Positions 13,099 through 22,400 of a stretch of 64,000 nt of DNA are shown here, in pieces (position 1 is the first letter of the stretch; every line of letters starts with the position of its first letter). The translations under genes and the position numbers were made by a program. The stretch comes from a virus. The notes under the pieces were generated by a model. The model was not told the origin of the DNA. It searched no databases and was given only the letters and a program-made list of their open reading frames with translations. The DNA is taken from IMG/VR virus record IMGVR_UViG_3300047476_000704, positions 1-64,000 of that record. One strand, 5' to 3'.

Positions 13099-13632
13099 TT
13101 ATTTTCTACCTACTGGTTGTATTGATAAACCTATTTTTTTACCTAATTTTTCATAATTTAGATATACTTCACTAACTCTTTGTAATCCTGGCGTTTTATA
13201 GGTTCTATAACAATCGTATGGTTTAAGTAGTGCATTATTTCTAATTCGTTTTTTGTAAAATTGAGCACCCGTCTTATCTATTTTTATAGCCTTTGCTCCC
13301 TTATCATATTCATTCTTTTCGGTAATCAAATGATTACTTTCTTGTATATCTTTCAAAAGAGAAGCTACATATACTGGATTTTGTATTTGTATCATCAATT
13401 TACTAAAAACTCTCAAAGGTATTTCACTTACTTTAATACAATGTATTAAATCATCATTTGTACTGATACCTACTACTAGCAATAATGGAGTTTTTGAACC
13501 ACCATATGATTTTTTTGTTCCATCTATATAATCATACCCATACAATCTATAAAATCCACCATTTTTTATTGATGCCTTTGTTGTATTTTTTTCTCTATAA
13601 ATGTATGGTATATAATAATATAGGTTATTCAT
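13099..13632 (-). CDS. Hypothetical protein
   Basis: 177-aa ORF inside the operon. Confidence 0.55.
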   Translation of the reverse strand: MNNLYYYIPYIYREKNTTKASIKNGGFYRLYGYDYIDGTKKSYGGSKTPLLLVVGISTNDDLIHCIKVSEIPLRVFSKLMIQIQNPVYVASLLKDIQESNHLITEKNEYDKGAKAIKIDKTGAQFYKKRIRNNALLKPYDCYRTYKTPGLQRVSEVYLNYEKLGKKIGLSIQPVGRK

Positions 13633-14890
13633 CTACTTTTGTCAACTTTGGAATATTCAATGGAATAAATTGCTTTATTGTTGGAACATATTTAGTTAAA
13701 ATACCATCAAACAATTTAGTCATTTTTTCCAAACCAAAGTTTTGTTGGTTTTGTTTTCCTAATTGAAATGATGCCGTTTTGTACTTATCGTATCCCTTAT
13801 AAATATCAGTAAATGTTTTAATTGCCCCAGTATAACTTACATAAAACCATTTAGTTCCTTCCAAAATGAATTGGTCTTGTGCGGATGGATGTACATCTTT
13901 TAACTCACCATCCAACAATACTGCTCCACTTTTTAAGAAATCCAAATGCCCACTCCAATTAGATGCAATTACTGGTTTACCGGTTAAACTGAACTCCAAT
14001 AAAGGTCTACCGAATCCTTCACCATGTGTAAATGAAACCATAGCTTTTACTTTTGGATGTTGGTATAATGCGTTCATTTCTTCATCACTTAACTCACCAT
14101 GTAGTAAATAGATTGATGGAATGTTTTTACCAAACTCTGCCGTAACTTCTTCCAATTTACCCATAGTTGCTTCTCTATCCATTACAGAGAAACCTGCTGA
14201 TGATGTTTTTAGGATAAGTGCAGGTGCGTTCTTTTGTCCACGAAATGCGTGACAGAATGATTTAATCATCATACCCACATCTTTTCTATCGTGTCCTAAT
14301 TCACCCTTTAACCAATGTCCTACGAATAAGAATGTAAAATCTTCCTTTACTTTGTCTAATTCGGATAATGTAACCTCTGCCTTCTTACCAAAGAACTTTT
14401 CATTATATCCTTCAAACAAAACTTCAACTGGTTTTTCTAATTTATGTTGTTTGATTACATTTCCGGTTGCTCTATCATTTTCATTATATACAGTCTTAAT
14501 CAGTACCTCTTTTGAAAATTCAGATGGAACTATAACCAAATCCATACGATTGCATCCATGAATAAATTCAACAGAACAAGCAGTAGTTTCAATTCCAGCA
14601 GTAATACCAATGTTGTAATTACCCATAGGTTGGAACTCATTTGGTACTGTGACCTGAATATATAAATCTGGCTTTCTATCAACACCCGTAACAATTCTCT
14701 GTATAATTTCACTATCATCGGCAGTTAGTGCTGTCATTGGAGTTGCTCCCCAACGAGTTGAAATGATACGAACATCGTACTTATCTAATTGAATTAGGGA
14801 ACGAACTAAATCCCGTGCATGGTCCCCATATCCACTTCTTGTGGCTACGGGTCCTTGAAATACTAATAATGGTTTGTTTACTTCTGCCAT
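13625..14890 (-). CDS. Glycosyltransferase family 4 (GT-B)
   Basis: SGYG, RKDV, HGEGFGRPLLE, GKPVIAS. Confidence 0.9.
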   Translation of the reverse strand: MAEVNKPLLVFQGPVATRSGYGDHARDLVRSLIQLDKYDVRIISTRWGATPMTALTADDSEIIQRIVTGVDRKPDLYIQVTVPNEFQPMGNYNIGITAGIETTACSVEFIHGCNRMDLVIVPSEFSKEVLIKTVYNENDRATGNVIKQHKLEKPVEVLFEGYNEKFFGKKAEVTLSELDKVKEDFTFLFVGHWLKGELGHDRKDVGMMIKSFCHAFRGQKNAPALILKTSSAGFSVMDREATMGKLEEVTAEFGKNIPSIYLLHGELSDEEMNALYQHPKVKAMVSFTHGEGFGRPLLEFSLTGKPVIASNWSGHLDFLKSGAVLLDGELKDVHPSAQDQFILEGTKWFYVSYTGAIKTFTDIYKGYDKYKTASFQLGKQNQQNFGLEKMTKLFDGILTKYVPTIKQFIPLNIPKLTKVDE

Positions 14891-14893
14891 AAC

Positions 14894-16288
14894 TTATTTA
14901 ATATCTAATGTAAAAATCTCGTGTTTCTTTCTAGGTGTAAAGTTTACCAATGCATCGTTGATACCATCTGTCATAGTTTTACACATATTCTCCAATGATA
15001 ATCCACCTTCACCCAAAGCCCATTCTCTACCTTTCAATCCCAATGCTTTTCTTTCTTCTCTACCCATATCATAGAACTCACGCAATGCCGATGCTACCTC
15101 ATAGTTATCCACATGGTCTTCCATAATGTATGGCGTTGGAGGTGAACCTGTATAAGAACGAGCTCTACTCCATACTGGAATTACCCAATCTCCCCAAGTT
15201 AATTTATCTTCAAACTTTCTCCAATCGTGCAATGAACCAATCTCTACATAATCTTCTTCGGTTAATTGTTTACCACTATCTTTCCATCGGAAACCACATT
15301 GGTCTTGTAATCCACCCGTTACATTTACAATAATCGGTGTTCCAGCCACAATACTTTCAGCACTAGCCAAGCCAAATCCTTCTGCTGATGAAATATTTAG
15401 GGTAACATCTGCAATATTGTATAGTTGATTTAATTGTGGTTCATTCCACTTTCTATCATCAAATACTACATTGATATGCGGACACAAATCTTGTACTACT
15501 TTTGGTAAATCCGTACCATTATCATCCACTTTTTGTGTATGCATTAGTAATACGCAACCATCTTGCTTTTCTTTTGGTAATCCCTCAACAAACTCTTTGA
15601 ATGAAACAATAACATCAATTGCCTGCTTTCTACGAATGTTTCGGTTAGACCAATATGCTATGAAATCGTATTTCTTATCACCCAATACCTCTTTATAGAA
15701 TGGTTCATCAATTGGTGTTGGTTTGTAATCCACATCATTGATACCATGTGGTACATATTTTACTTGCCAATCAGCAGGTTGCTTCCACCGTGATTTATCA
15801 GTTGAACCCCATACTCTACGGGCAATGCCATATGTTTGTTTTGAGATAGTGCCAATCCAATCACAACTTTCTAAATAATCTCTATTGTATTTTGGGTCTG
15901 GTAAATCATCCCAAATGTGATAAAATAAAATTGGAATGTTTTGACGAATCTCATGCTCAATTTGGTATAACCAAATCCAATACCTAGGGTCTGTAAAGTG
16001 TAGGATTGCATCTGGGTTTTCCATATTGATGATTTGCCGTAACATATCCGGATTACCATATCCTGATGATGGATAGATTTTTACAGATGCATCTTCAATA
16101 CCCGTTCTCTTACGGACATCCTCACATAAATCCATAATCTTACCTTCTTCCGGATGCTTTACTGCTGCTCCAATTTGTACCCAATCAAAATCTTTTAATG
16201 TACCTAATACGAATTGCTTTGACATTGTTGCAATACCACTCGCCATTCGTAGGTCATCTGATAGTAACAATATTTTCTTTTTTGCCAT
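14894..16288 (-). CDS. Glycosyltransferase family 4 (GT-B)
   Basis: VPHGI, NRNIRRK, EGFGLASAES, GTPII. Confidence 0.9.
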   Translation of the reverse strand: MAKKKILLLSDDLRMASGIATMSKQFVLGTLKDFDWVQIGAAVKHPEEGKIMDLCEDVRKRTGIEDASVKIYPSSGYGNPDMLRQIINMENPDAILHFTDPRYWIWLYQIEHEIRQNIPILFYHIWDDLPDPKYNRDYLESCDWIGTISKQTYGIARRVWGSTDKSRWKQPADWQVKYVPHGINDVDYKPTPIDEPFYKEVLGDKKYDFIAYWSNRNIRRKQAIDVIVSFKEFVEGLPKEKQDGCVLLMHTQKVDDNGTDLPKVVQDLCPHINVVFDDRKWNEPQLNQLYNIADVTLNISSAEGFGLASAESIVAGTPIIVNVTGGLQDQCGFRWKDSGKQLTEEDYVEIGSLHDWRKFEDKLTWGDWVIPVWSRARSYTGSPPTPYIMEDHVDNYEVASALREFYDMGREERKALGLKGREWALGEGGLSLENMCKTMTDGINDALVNFTPRKKHEIFTLDIK

Positions 16289-16294
16289 AACTTG

Positions 16295-16498
16295 TTAAAA
16301 TGCTGAACCGCTTATTTGTAACTGATTGTAATTATTTAATTTGTTTTTGTAATCTTCATCATTCAGATAAAGGTTTATACTCCGATTTACTAACTTTTGT
16401 AATGTTATTCCGTTCCTGTCAACGGATACAACCCTAAATGTTTGGTATAAATCGGACATTATCTTTACCGAAGTTAATTTTGTTTCTGTTTTTTTCAT
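16295..16498 (-). CDS. Small ribbon-helix-helix-like protein
   Basis: LTSVKI strand followed by two predicted helices. Confidence 0.45.
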   Translation of the reverse strand: MKKTETKLTSVKIMSDLYQTFRVVSVDRNGITLQKLVNRSINLYLNDEDYKNKLNNYNQLQISGSAF

Positions 16499-16501
16499 AA
16501 T

Positions 16502-16966
16502 TTAGTTCCTAACCATTTCAAGTGGATATTTTTGACGTAATATATATTTAGTATCAACCAATAACCTTTTTACTTTGTGTCTGGATATTCCCAAATCTAC
16601 ACTTGCCTCTTCAATTGTATCGTAGTATTTGTTGGTTAATGGGTTTTTACAACTAATTTTTTTTGGATTTTCCAAATTAGTTGGTTTGTATTCTATAATA
16701 TCGTCAATATTCCAATCTTCTTCCCAAGGGTCTGTTTGTTTGTTTGATAAATTATGTCCTTCACTAATATACTTTTTAATGTAATAATATTCTTTATCAT
16801 AAAAATAATCTAATATACGCATTTTATTTACAGATGCATGTCCATTATTCTTGTGTGATGAAAATCTATCACTTGGAGTTGAACTTTTTCCAATATAGAT
16901 AATTTCGTCATCTTCATTTAATAATGCGTATATATAAACCTTTACACCTTGGATAGTTGATTTCAT
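16502..16966 (-). CDS. GIY-YIG endonuclease (start reassigned to MKSTIQG)
   Basis: YIYAL...IYIGKS...RFSSH; C-terminal NUMOD1-like YYDTIEEASVDLGIS. Confidence 0.8.
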   Translation of the reverse strand: MKSTIQGVKVYIYALLNEDDEIIYIGKSSTPSDRFSSHKNNGHASVNKMRILDYFYDKEYYYIKKYISEGHNLSNKQTDPWEEDWNIDDIIEYKPTNLENPKKISCKNPLTNKYYDTIEEASVDLGISRHKVKRLLVDTKYILRQKYPLEMVRN

Positions 16967-17048
16967 ATATATTTTTAACAATAGTAAGTTTACACTTATA
17001 TATATAAGAAATATATAAAAATATACAAAAAAATGAAAAAAAATTAAA

Positions 17049-17918
17049 TTATTTTTGAAATGCTGGACATCTATCCTTAAACTCACAAAACCGGCAGTTC
17101 TTACCTTTCTCACCTGGGTTTGGTGAATAATCTGCGTTTAAGTTATCCGTACCATCTTCGTTGAATACCGAATCTACAAATCTCATAAAATCTTTAACCG
17201 CACGAGCCACCGATGGACCACCATTAGCAGGAACTAATTTAGAAATACGTGGGATGGTGTATTCCGTATTCTCACTAATTTTTCGTTTAATGATTTGGAA
17301 CTCTACCTGTATTCTATCTATGGGATGATTGTACTGCTCTGCGTAGTAATGTTTATATAATAGTAATTGATTTAGTTTTGTTTTATCTGCTTTTTGTTCT
17401 TTACTCCAACCGCGTGTTGATGTTTTGAAGTCAATAATCTTTAATAGGTTGAACTCTTTGTGGCGAATTACTACGTCCAAATAACCTAACATACTTACAT
17501 TAGGTTTTAATTGAATGTTTAATGGTAACTCAATACCTACCAACTCCCAACCTTTTTTTGTGAAGAAATCATCACCATGCTTTTTGAACCACTCCAAACA
17601 AATCACACCATCCTCATAGAACTCCATAAGTTCTTCTTTGGAGCATACGAACTTACCTTCCTCAAATCCTTCATGCTCCTTCTTAAAAGTTTCTACAAGC
17701 CTTTCTTTGAGTAATTGTGGTAAATCTATTTGATTTGCCTCTTTCTTTGTCTTATTGTAGAATATATCTAAATAGTGTTGTAAGGTTTCGTGAAATGCAG
17801 TACCAAAGATTGTGTGAATACTACCAGAGTAAACACCCAACTTATCTATATAGTTGAACTTGTATTGTTGTGGACAGGTTGTCCACATTGAATATCTTGA
17901 ATAACTTACTCTTGCCAT
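17049..17918 (-). CDS. RecB-family PD-(D/E)XK exonuclease (start reassigned to MARVSYS)
   Basis: CPQQYKF, FGTAFHETL, GYLDVV, IIDFKTS, QLLLY, CRFCEFKDRC. Confidence 0.88.
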   Translation of the reverse strand: MARVSYSRYSMWTTCPQQYKFNYIDKLGVYSGSIHTIFGTAFHETLQHYLDIFYNKTKKEANQIDLPQLLKERLVETFKKEHEGFEEGKFVCSKEELMEFYEDGVICLEWFKKHGDDFFTKKGWELVGIELPLNIQLKPNVSMLGYLDVVIRHKEFNLLKIIDFKTSTRGWSKEQKADKTKLNQLLLYKHYYAEQYNHPIDRIQVEFQIIKRKISENTEYTIPRISKLVPANGGPSVARAVKDFMRFVDSVFNEDGTDNLNADYSPNPGEKGKNCRFCEFKDRCPAFQK

Positions 17919-17945
17919 AACATTTTCTTTAAGTACAAATATACA

Positions 17946-17975
17946 AAAAAGACTTGGAATTACCAAGTCTTTCTT
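17946..17975 (-). terminator. Hairpin terminator overlapping a host-type promoter
   Basis: aaagacttgg-N5-ccaagtcttt inverted repeat followed by T-run on the minus strand. Confidence 0.6.
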
Positions 17976-18000
17976 ATTTTATTTTTAAAAATATTAAATA

Positions 18001-19188
18001 TTATTTCAAAGTATCTAATTGTGCCACAACCTTACCACTATTTTCGTAAAGGTCTCCATACACAATAACCATATCGTTTTTATGATTATCCAATACATTC
18101 TTTATTGGTAAAGTATGTCCACCCATACCTGCTGATTTCCAATCTTTAGCGGTTAGGTAAGTAAATATAACCAACCAACGATTTATAGTATCATCGTATG
18201 CTACTAAAATGTATTGACCTTCTCTAATACCCATACCACCTTTCCAAGAAGTAGCTGATGAATTAAAATTGGTTACTTTTATCTCAACTTTATCATCAAT
18301 ATCTTTGTGATAAATATCAGGGTCTGTTGCGTGTCCCTGTGCAGCTTGAACATCGTATCCCTCACTTCGTAATACTTGAGCACCAATCATTTCAGTTAAA
18401 TGAGAAACTATTCCAGCAGTTGCACCTTTTGTAAAATCTTTAAAAGGAAAATAATCCTCATTATCTATACGAGATGATATGTTTAATGTGGAATTAATTG
18501 CATTTGAAACTCTATTAAATATGATTTTAAAAATATCAGTAGTATATATTTCACTCCAGTTTCTATTAGGATTATTTGATTTAATTACTTTTGGTTTATT
18601 TCTACCAGTTGCTTCTTCCCAAGCAGTTTTAACCGCCATTTCTCCAGAATCAATCAATAATAATAAATCGCTACGATGCGATTTAATTTCCTGTAGCTTC
18701 TTTATAGTATCACGGCTTGTACCTAATTGTTTGATATGTGCATCTTCTTCGGAAGTAGTTCTATTGATACCAAATTCTTTTACATATGCTCTATTCATTT
18801 GCTCAAACTCATTTAACTTAACCGAATGAGTCATCTTACGATAAATGTTTGAACTAACTACGGATTGTAAAGTTGTATATGGTTCGTTTTCAAAATCAGG
18901 ATATGGTTTATCGGATAGTTCAACCCACAAATCAACATTTGCTAATTTAGCAGCCTCTGTTCTAGTATGACCAGCATCAATTAACCCATCCGGCCATATA
19001 ATTACAGGTTGTTCATTTGGAACTAACCCCATTTCAACACGTTTTTTAAAATCTTCGGATAATTTTAATTGTGTTTCTTTTTCTTGTTCTATGTTTGTAT
19101 ATATTTCTTTATTAAGCGGATTTGGGTTAAGTATTTTTGGGTCTACAAAATTCTTTCCCGCTTTTTTGATTAATTTAATTTTATTCAT
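18001..19188 (-). CDS. ParB-like N-domain fused to restriction-endonuclease-like PD-(D/E)XK domain
   Basis: EQPVIIWPDGLIDAGHTRTEAA and SSNIYR (ParB-like); TDPDIY...VEIKVT. Confidence 0.6.
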   Translation of the reverse strand: MNKIKLIKKAGKNFVDPKILNPNPLNKEIYTNIEQEKETQLKLSEDFKKRVEMGLVPNEQPVIIWPDGLIDAGHTRTEAAKLANVDLWVELSDKPYPDFENEPYTTLQSVVSSNIYRKMTHSVKLNEFEQMNRAYVKEFGINRTTSEEDAHIKQLGTSRDTIKKLQEIKSHRSDLLLLIDSGEMAVKTAWEEATGRNKPKVIKSNNPNRNWSEIYTTDIFKIIFNRVSNAINSTLNISSRIDNEDYFPFKDFTKGATAGIVSHLTEMIGAQVLRSEGYDVQAAQGHATDPDIYHKDIDDKVEIKVTNFNSSATSWKGGMGIREGQYILVAYDDTINRWLVIFTYLTAKDWKSAGMGGHTLPIKNVLDNHKNDMVIVYGDLYENSGKVVAQLDTLK

Positions 19189-19213
19189 ATTTTTATTGTT
19201 TAAATTTTAAAGA

Positions 19214-19477
19214 TTAGTAATTCTTTATGTTTTCAGTATAGGTATGTTTACCTTCCGATTGTGTAGAAATGGTTTCACCATTCGTTGTAAAGTAATGAAC
19301 ACGCCCACCATCAATAAAACGATAGACTTTTACACCATCTTTCTGAAATAGATAATCTACTTTAATTTCACTATCCTTACCAACCCTTTCAGAAGATATT
19401 GGTTCGTTTGTACAAGCTCCAAAAATTATAACACCCAATGCTATGAATATTATATAAATTGCTAATATCTTTTTCAT
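19214..19477 (-). CDS. Small lipoprotein (DUF4884-like; start reassigned to MKKILAIY)
   Basis: Signal peptide ending FGAC; LFQKDGVKVYRFIDGG. Confidence 0.65.
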   Translation of the reverse strand: MKKILAIYIIFIALGVIIFGACTNEPISSERVGKDSEIKVDYLFQKDGVKVYRFIDGGRVHYFTTNGETISTQSEGKHTYTENIKNY

Positions 19478-19478
19478 A

Positions 19479-19928
19479 TTACCAAGAAGATGAATAGTAA
19501 AAATCGCCACCCTTATCAGCCAAAGCTTCTTCCAAAATCTGAATTGTATTATCAATATCTTTGAAATACCACTCATCATATTGAGTTCCACCAAAGAAGA
19601 AACCACTCACAGTTGGTAACAATACCTCCGCCAATGAATTATCTGCTTGAACTTTCTTACATAAGTCAAGCAACTCTGCTAACTTATCCGAACTAACATA
19701 ATATTCGGCGCAGTTATCTTCACCATCCTGCACATTATCAACGAACCATTGGTGGATTTGATTAGCTTTACGCCAATAACCAGCTTCCTCAATAATATAC
19801 TTAACCTTTTTACGGTCAATCTTTGTAGGTTCACCACCTTTGGTTACCTCTACTTGATAATTTTCATCACCATTGTGCTCCCAATACTGAACATAAGTGC
19901 GTTTATCTAAATACATGTCTAATCCCAT
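19479..19928 (-). CDS. Conserved phage hypothetical protein
   Basis: MGLDMYL...YWRKANQIHQWF...GFFFG...FYYSSSW pattern. Confidence 0.7.
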   Translation of the reverse strand: MGLDMYLDKRTYVQYWEHNGDENYQVEVTKGGEPTKIDRKKVKYIIEEAGYWRKANQIHQWFVDNVQDGEDNCAEYYVSSDKLAELLDLCKKVQADNSLAEVLLPTVSGFFFGGTQYDEWYFKDIDNTIQILEEALADKGGDFYYSSSW

Positions 19929-19939
19929 AATTTTATATT

Positions 19940-20182
19940 TTAAAGTTTATAATTTTTAATAACTGAAACTACATTTTTTATTCTATTATAAAGTGTCTTC
20001 TTTATTTTTGCACCTCTAGCTACTTCAAGCAAATCATCATAAAGGAAGCCATCATATAATCCATACAACATATTCATAAGGTCAAAACCAGTATTGAAAT
20101 CAACCTCCCCAATAATATCACCAATCTCTCGTAGCGTTTCCACACTCATATTGGCATGTCTATCAAATTTAATATAACCCAT
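19940..20182 (-). CDS. Small early hypothetical protein
   Basis: Directly downstream of a TTGACA-N17-TATCTT promoter. Confidence 0.6.
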   Translation of the reverse strand: MGYIKFDRHANMSVETLREIGDIIGEVDFNTGFDLMNMLYGLYDGFLYDDLLEVARGAKIKKTLYNRIKNVVSVIKNYKL

Positions 20183-20216
20183 AACTTTTATATTTTAATG
20201 TTTAACTCTAATCACG

Positions 20217-20251
20217 TAGTAAAGATACGCAAAATTTAGTAAAATGTCAAG
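20217..20251 (-). promoter_or_regulatory. Early promoter
   Basis: Minus strand cTTGACA-N17-TATCTTTA. Confidence 0.8.
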
Positions 20252-20273
20252 ACATTTTTAAAATATTTTTCAA

Positions 20274-20504
20274 TTATTGTAGGGAATATTTATACAACCA
20301 GCCACAATCATCATCGTAAAAATCCTCTTCAACAACCGCATTCATACCACCAAGTATAGAGTTTAATTTATCCACATCGACCCGTCCCCAATAACCAAAT
20401 CGTAAAAACACGTCATAAGTACCACCAAAAGTTTGTTTGATTTCAAAATCACCCAACTCTTCTTCAATCTTTTTCAATGTTGAAATATCTAATCCGTTTC
20501 TCAT
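20274..20504 (-). CDS. Small early hypothetical protein
   Basis: Directly downstream of a TTGACA-N17-TACCTT promoter. Confidence 0.6.
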   Translation of the reverse strand: MRNGLDISTLKKIEEELGDFEIKQTFGGTYDVFLRFGYWGRVDVDKLNSILGGMNAVVEEDFYDDDCGWLYKYSLQ

Positions 20505-20537
20505 ATCTTTTATTATTTATGTTTAACTTTTATTACA

Positions 20538-20572
20538 TAGTAAAGGTACGCAATTTTGCGCAAAATGTCAAG
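20538..20572 (-). promoter_or_regulatory. Early promoter
   Basis: Minus strand cTTGACA-N17-TACCTTTA. Confidence 0.8.
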
Positions 20573-20623
20573 TCTTTTTGAAAATATTTTTTTAATATAT
20601 TTATATATACATCCGGAGGTTAT

Positions 20624-20782
20624 ATGCAAACATCATTTACAAAAGTATTAGTTTATTCAATTGGAACATTAGTTGTTTCAGCTGCTATATTCAGTATGAC
20701 TATGGCAGGATTGAATCTTGCTGGTCAAACTGATATTACCAAAGAAGTCATTGAAGAAATGGATGATGTTTTAGGAATTTAA
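20624..20782 (+). CDS. 52-aa single-TM peptide MQTSFTKVLVYSIGTLVVSAAIFSMTMAGLNLAGQTDITKEVIEEMDDVLGI (not in ORF track)
   Basis: Translated by hand; GGAGGT upstream of ATG; ATATTTATA motif at 20597-20605. Confidence 0.7.
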   Translation: MQTSFTKVLVYSIGTLVVSAAIFSMTMAGLNLAGQTDITKEVIEEMDDVLGI

Positions 20783-22365
20783 AGCATCAATCTAGAACCT
20801 ATTAAGAAATTACTCAATATTGGTGCTCCCGCAGCAGTTGATGTGTTTATCTTATAGTTGAAACTCAATCCAAACTTACGAGTAATTTTATAATCTACCG
20901 ATGTTCCCAATAGGAATCCAACATTAGTAGAGTAAGTAACCTCACCTTTCCCAGCATTAAAACTTGCACCAGGCGTCATTACGAATACTTGTGGTGATAC
21001 TGTAATCTTTTTTGATTTCTGATATGGTTTAGTCCAAAATACAACTGCTGAACTACTCATACTATAATCACTTCCAATAAATAAATTTACCAAACCTAAA
21101 TTGTAACCATATACACCATATTTTGGATTTGGTATGATGTGTGTATAACCAGCTAATGCCATATAGTTACCCGTTAAATATGCACCTGTTAGTGAATAAG
21201 AGTTCATAGAAACCATCTTACCACCTTTCATATTCATTTTTGTAATACCACCACTCAAAGCAAATTGCTTCAATGTAGACCACACCATAGAGTTTAGAGA
21301 ATAGGTTACATTACCAGCTGCTGATGAACGAGATATACCATTAGTTAGTATAACTGCAAAGTCACCTGGTGAACCTTCTGCTACCGTTAAATCTGATGCA
21401 ATTAGTAATGGATTTATGTTTTGTGCCTTTTGTTTCTTATCTTCCTTTTTTTCCTCTTTCTTTTCTTCTTTTTTAGATTCCTCTTTCTTCTCTTCCTTTT
21501 TAGATTCCGATTTAGATTCTTCTTTCTTTTCCTCACTCTTGCTTTCCGATTTTGATTCCTCTTTAGATTCGGATTTAGACTCGGATTTAGTTTCAGACTT
21601 TGTTTCTGATTTGGTTTCGGTTTTAGTTTCCGTCTTACTTTCCGAAGATGAAGATGAACTATTGGATGATGAACTACTACTACCCCCACTTGATGAAGAT
21701 GATGAACCACTACTTGCAGGTGCCGATGAAGCAGGTGCAGATGAAGATGGGGCAGGTGCTGGAGTTGGTGCCGATGTAGTTGGAGTTGGTGGTGGAGGCG
21801 GAACTGCTGCTGATGCCGCTGAACTTGCTGCACCACTTGCAGCAGATGAAGCGGCTCCACTTGCTGCTCCACTTGCAGCAGTTGATGCAGCCGAACTCGC
21901 AGCTGAACTCGCCGCACTACTTGCAGCAGATGATGCCGCATTACTAGCGGCTGAACTTGCGGCATTACTTGCAGCTTGTGATGCTGCTGAACTAGCTGCT
22001 TGAGCTGCTGCTGCCGATGCTGCTTGTGTTGCCGCTTGAGCTGCTGCTTGCTGTACTGCTTGATTTACTGTTTGTTGAACTGTTTGTTGAACTACTACAT
22101 TTGTTTCACATCCTTTGGATGAATATGCAGTATAAACCATTTGTAACCATATTTTCATTGCACCACTTGAAACTTCATCTGGTGTGAATACTCTCATTTG
22201 GTCATAAAAGGATACAAATGCGTTTCCGTTGACATAAGTAGTAGTGGCGATTTTTACCTCACCACTACACTTATCTATAAATGTTTGTGTAAATGTTTGT
22301 CCGTTAGCTTTGGAAGCTAGACAAAATATAAATAATACACTTAATAGTATTCTTAACTTTTTCAA
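20779..22365 (-). CDS. Secreted protein with Ala/Ser/Pro and Lys/Glu low-complexity linker and beta-barrel-like C-terminus
   Basis: Signal peptide; ASSAA, S-rich and KEE repeats; alternating beta-strand pattern. Confidence 0.75.
   Translation of the reverse strand: MKKLRILLSVLFIFCLASKANGQTFTQTFIDKCSGEVKIATTTYVNGNAFVSFYDQMRVFTPDEVSSGAMKIWLQMVYTAYSSKGCETNVVVQQTVQQTVNQAVQQAAAQAATQAASAAAAQAASSAASQAASNAASSAASNAASSAASSAASSAASSAASTAASGAASGAASSAASGAASSAASAAVPPPPPTPTTSAPTPAPAPSSSAPASSAPASSGSSSSSSGGSSSSSSNSSSSSSESKTETKTETKSETKSETKSESKSESKEESKSESKSEEKKEESKSESKKEEKKEESKKEEKKEEKKEDKKQKAQNINPLLIASDLTVAEGSPGDFAVILTNGISRSSAAGNVTYSLNSMVWSTLKQFALSGGITKMNMKGGKMVSMNSYSLTGAYLTGNYMALAGYTHIIPNPKYGVYGYNLGLVNLFIGSDYSMSSSAVVFWTKPYQKSKKITVSPQVFVMTPGASFNAGKGEVTYSTNVGFLLGTSVDYKITRKFGLSFNYKINTSTAAGAPILSNFLIGSRLML
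21425..22055 (-). repeat. Low-complexity coding repeats (ASSAA, SSS, ESKS/ETKS, KKEE)
   Basis: Visible in DNA and translation; locally GC-rich. Confidence 0.85.
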
Positions 22366-22400
22366 TCATTAGGGTATTTGCTACCTATATAAATATAAGA

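Noticed and set aside
17049-17918. Cas4 as a sign of CRISPR
   Set aside because: RecB-like exonucleases are common in phage replication regions; no cas1/cas2 or array is present
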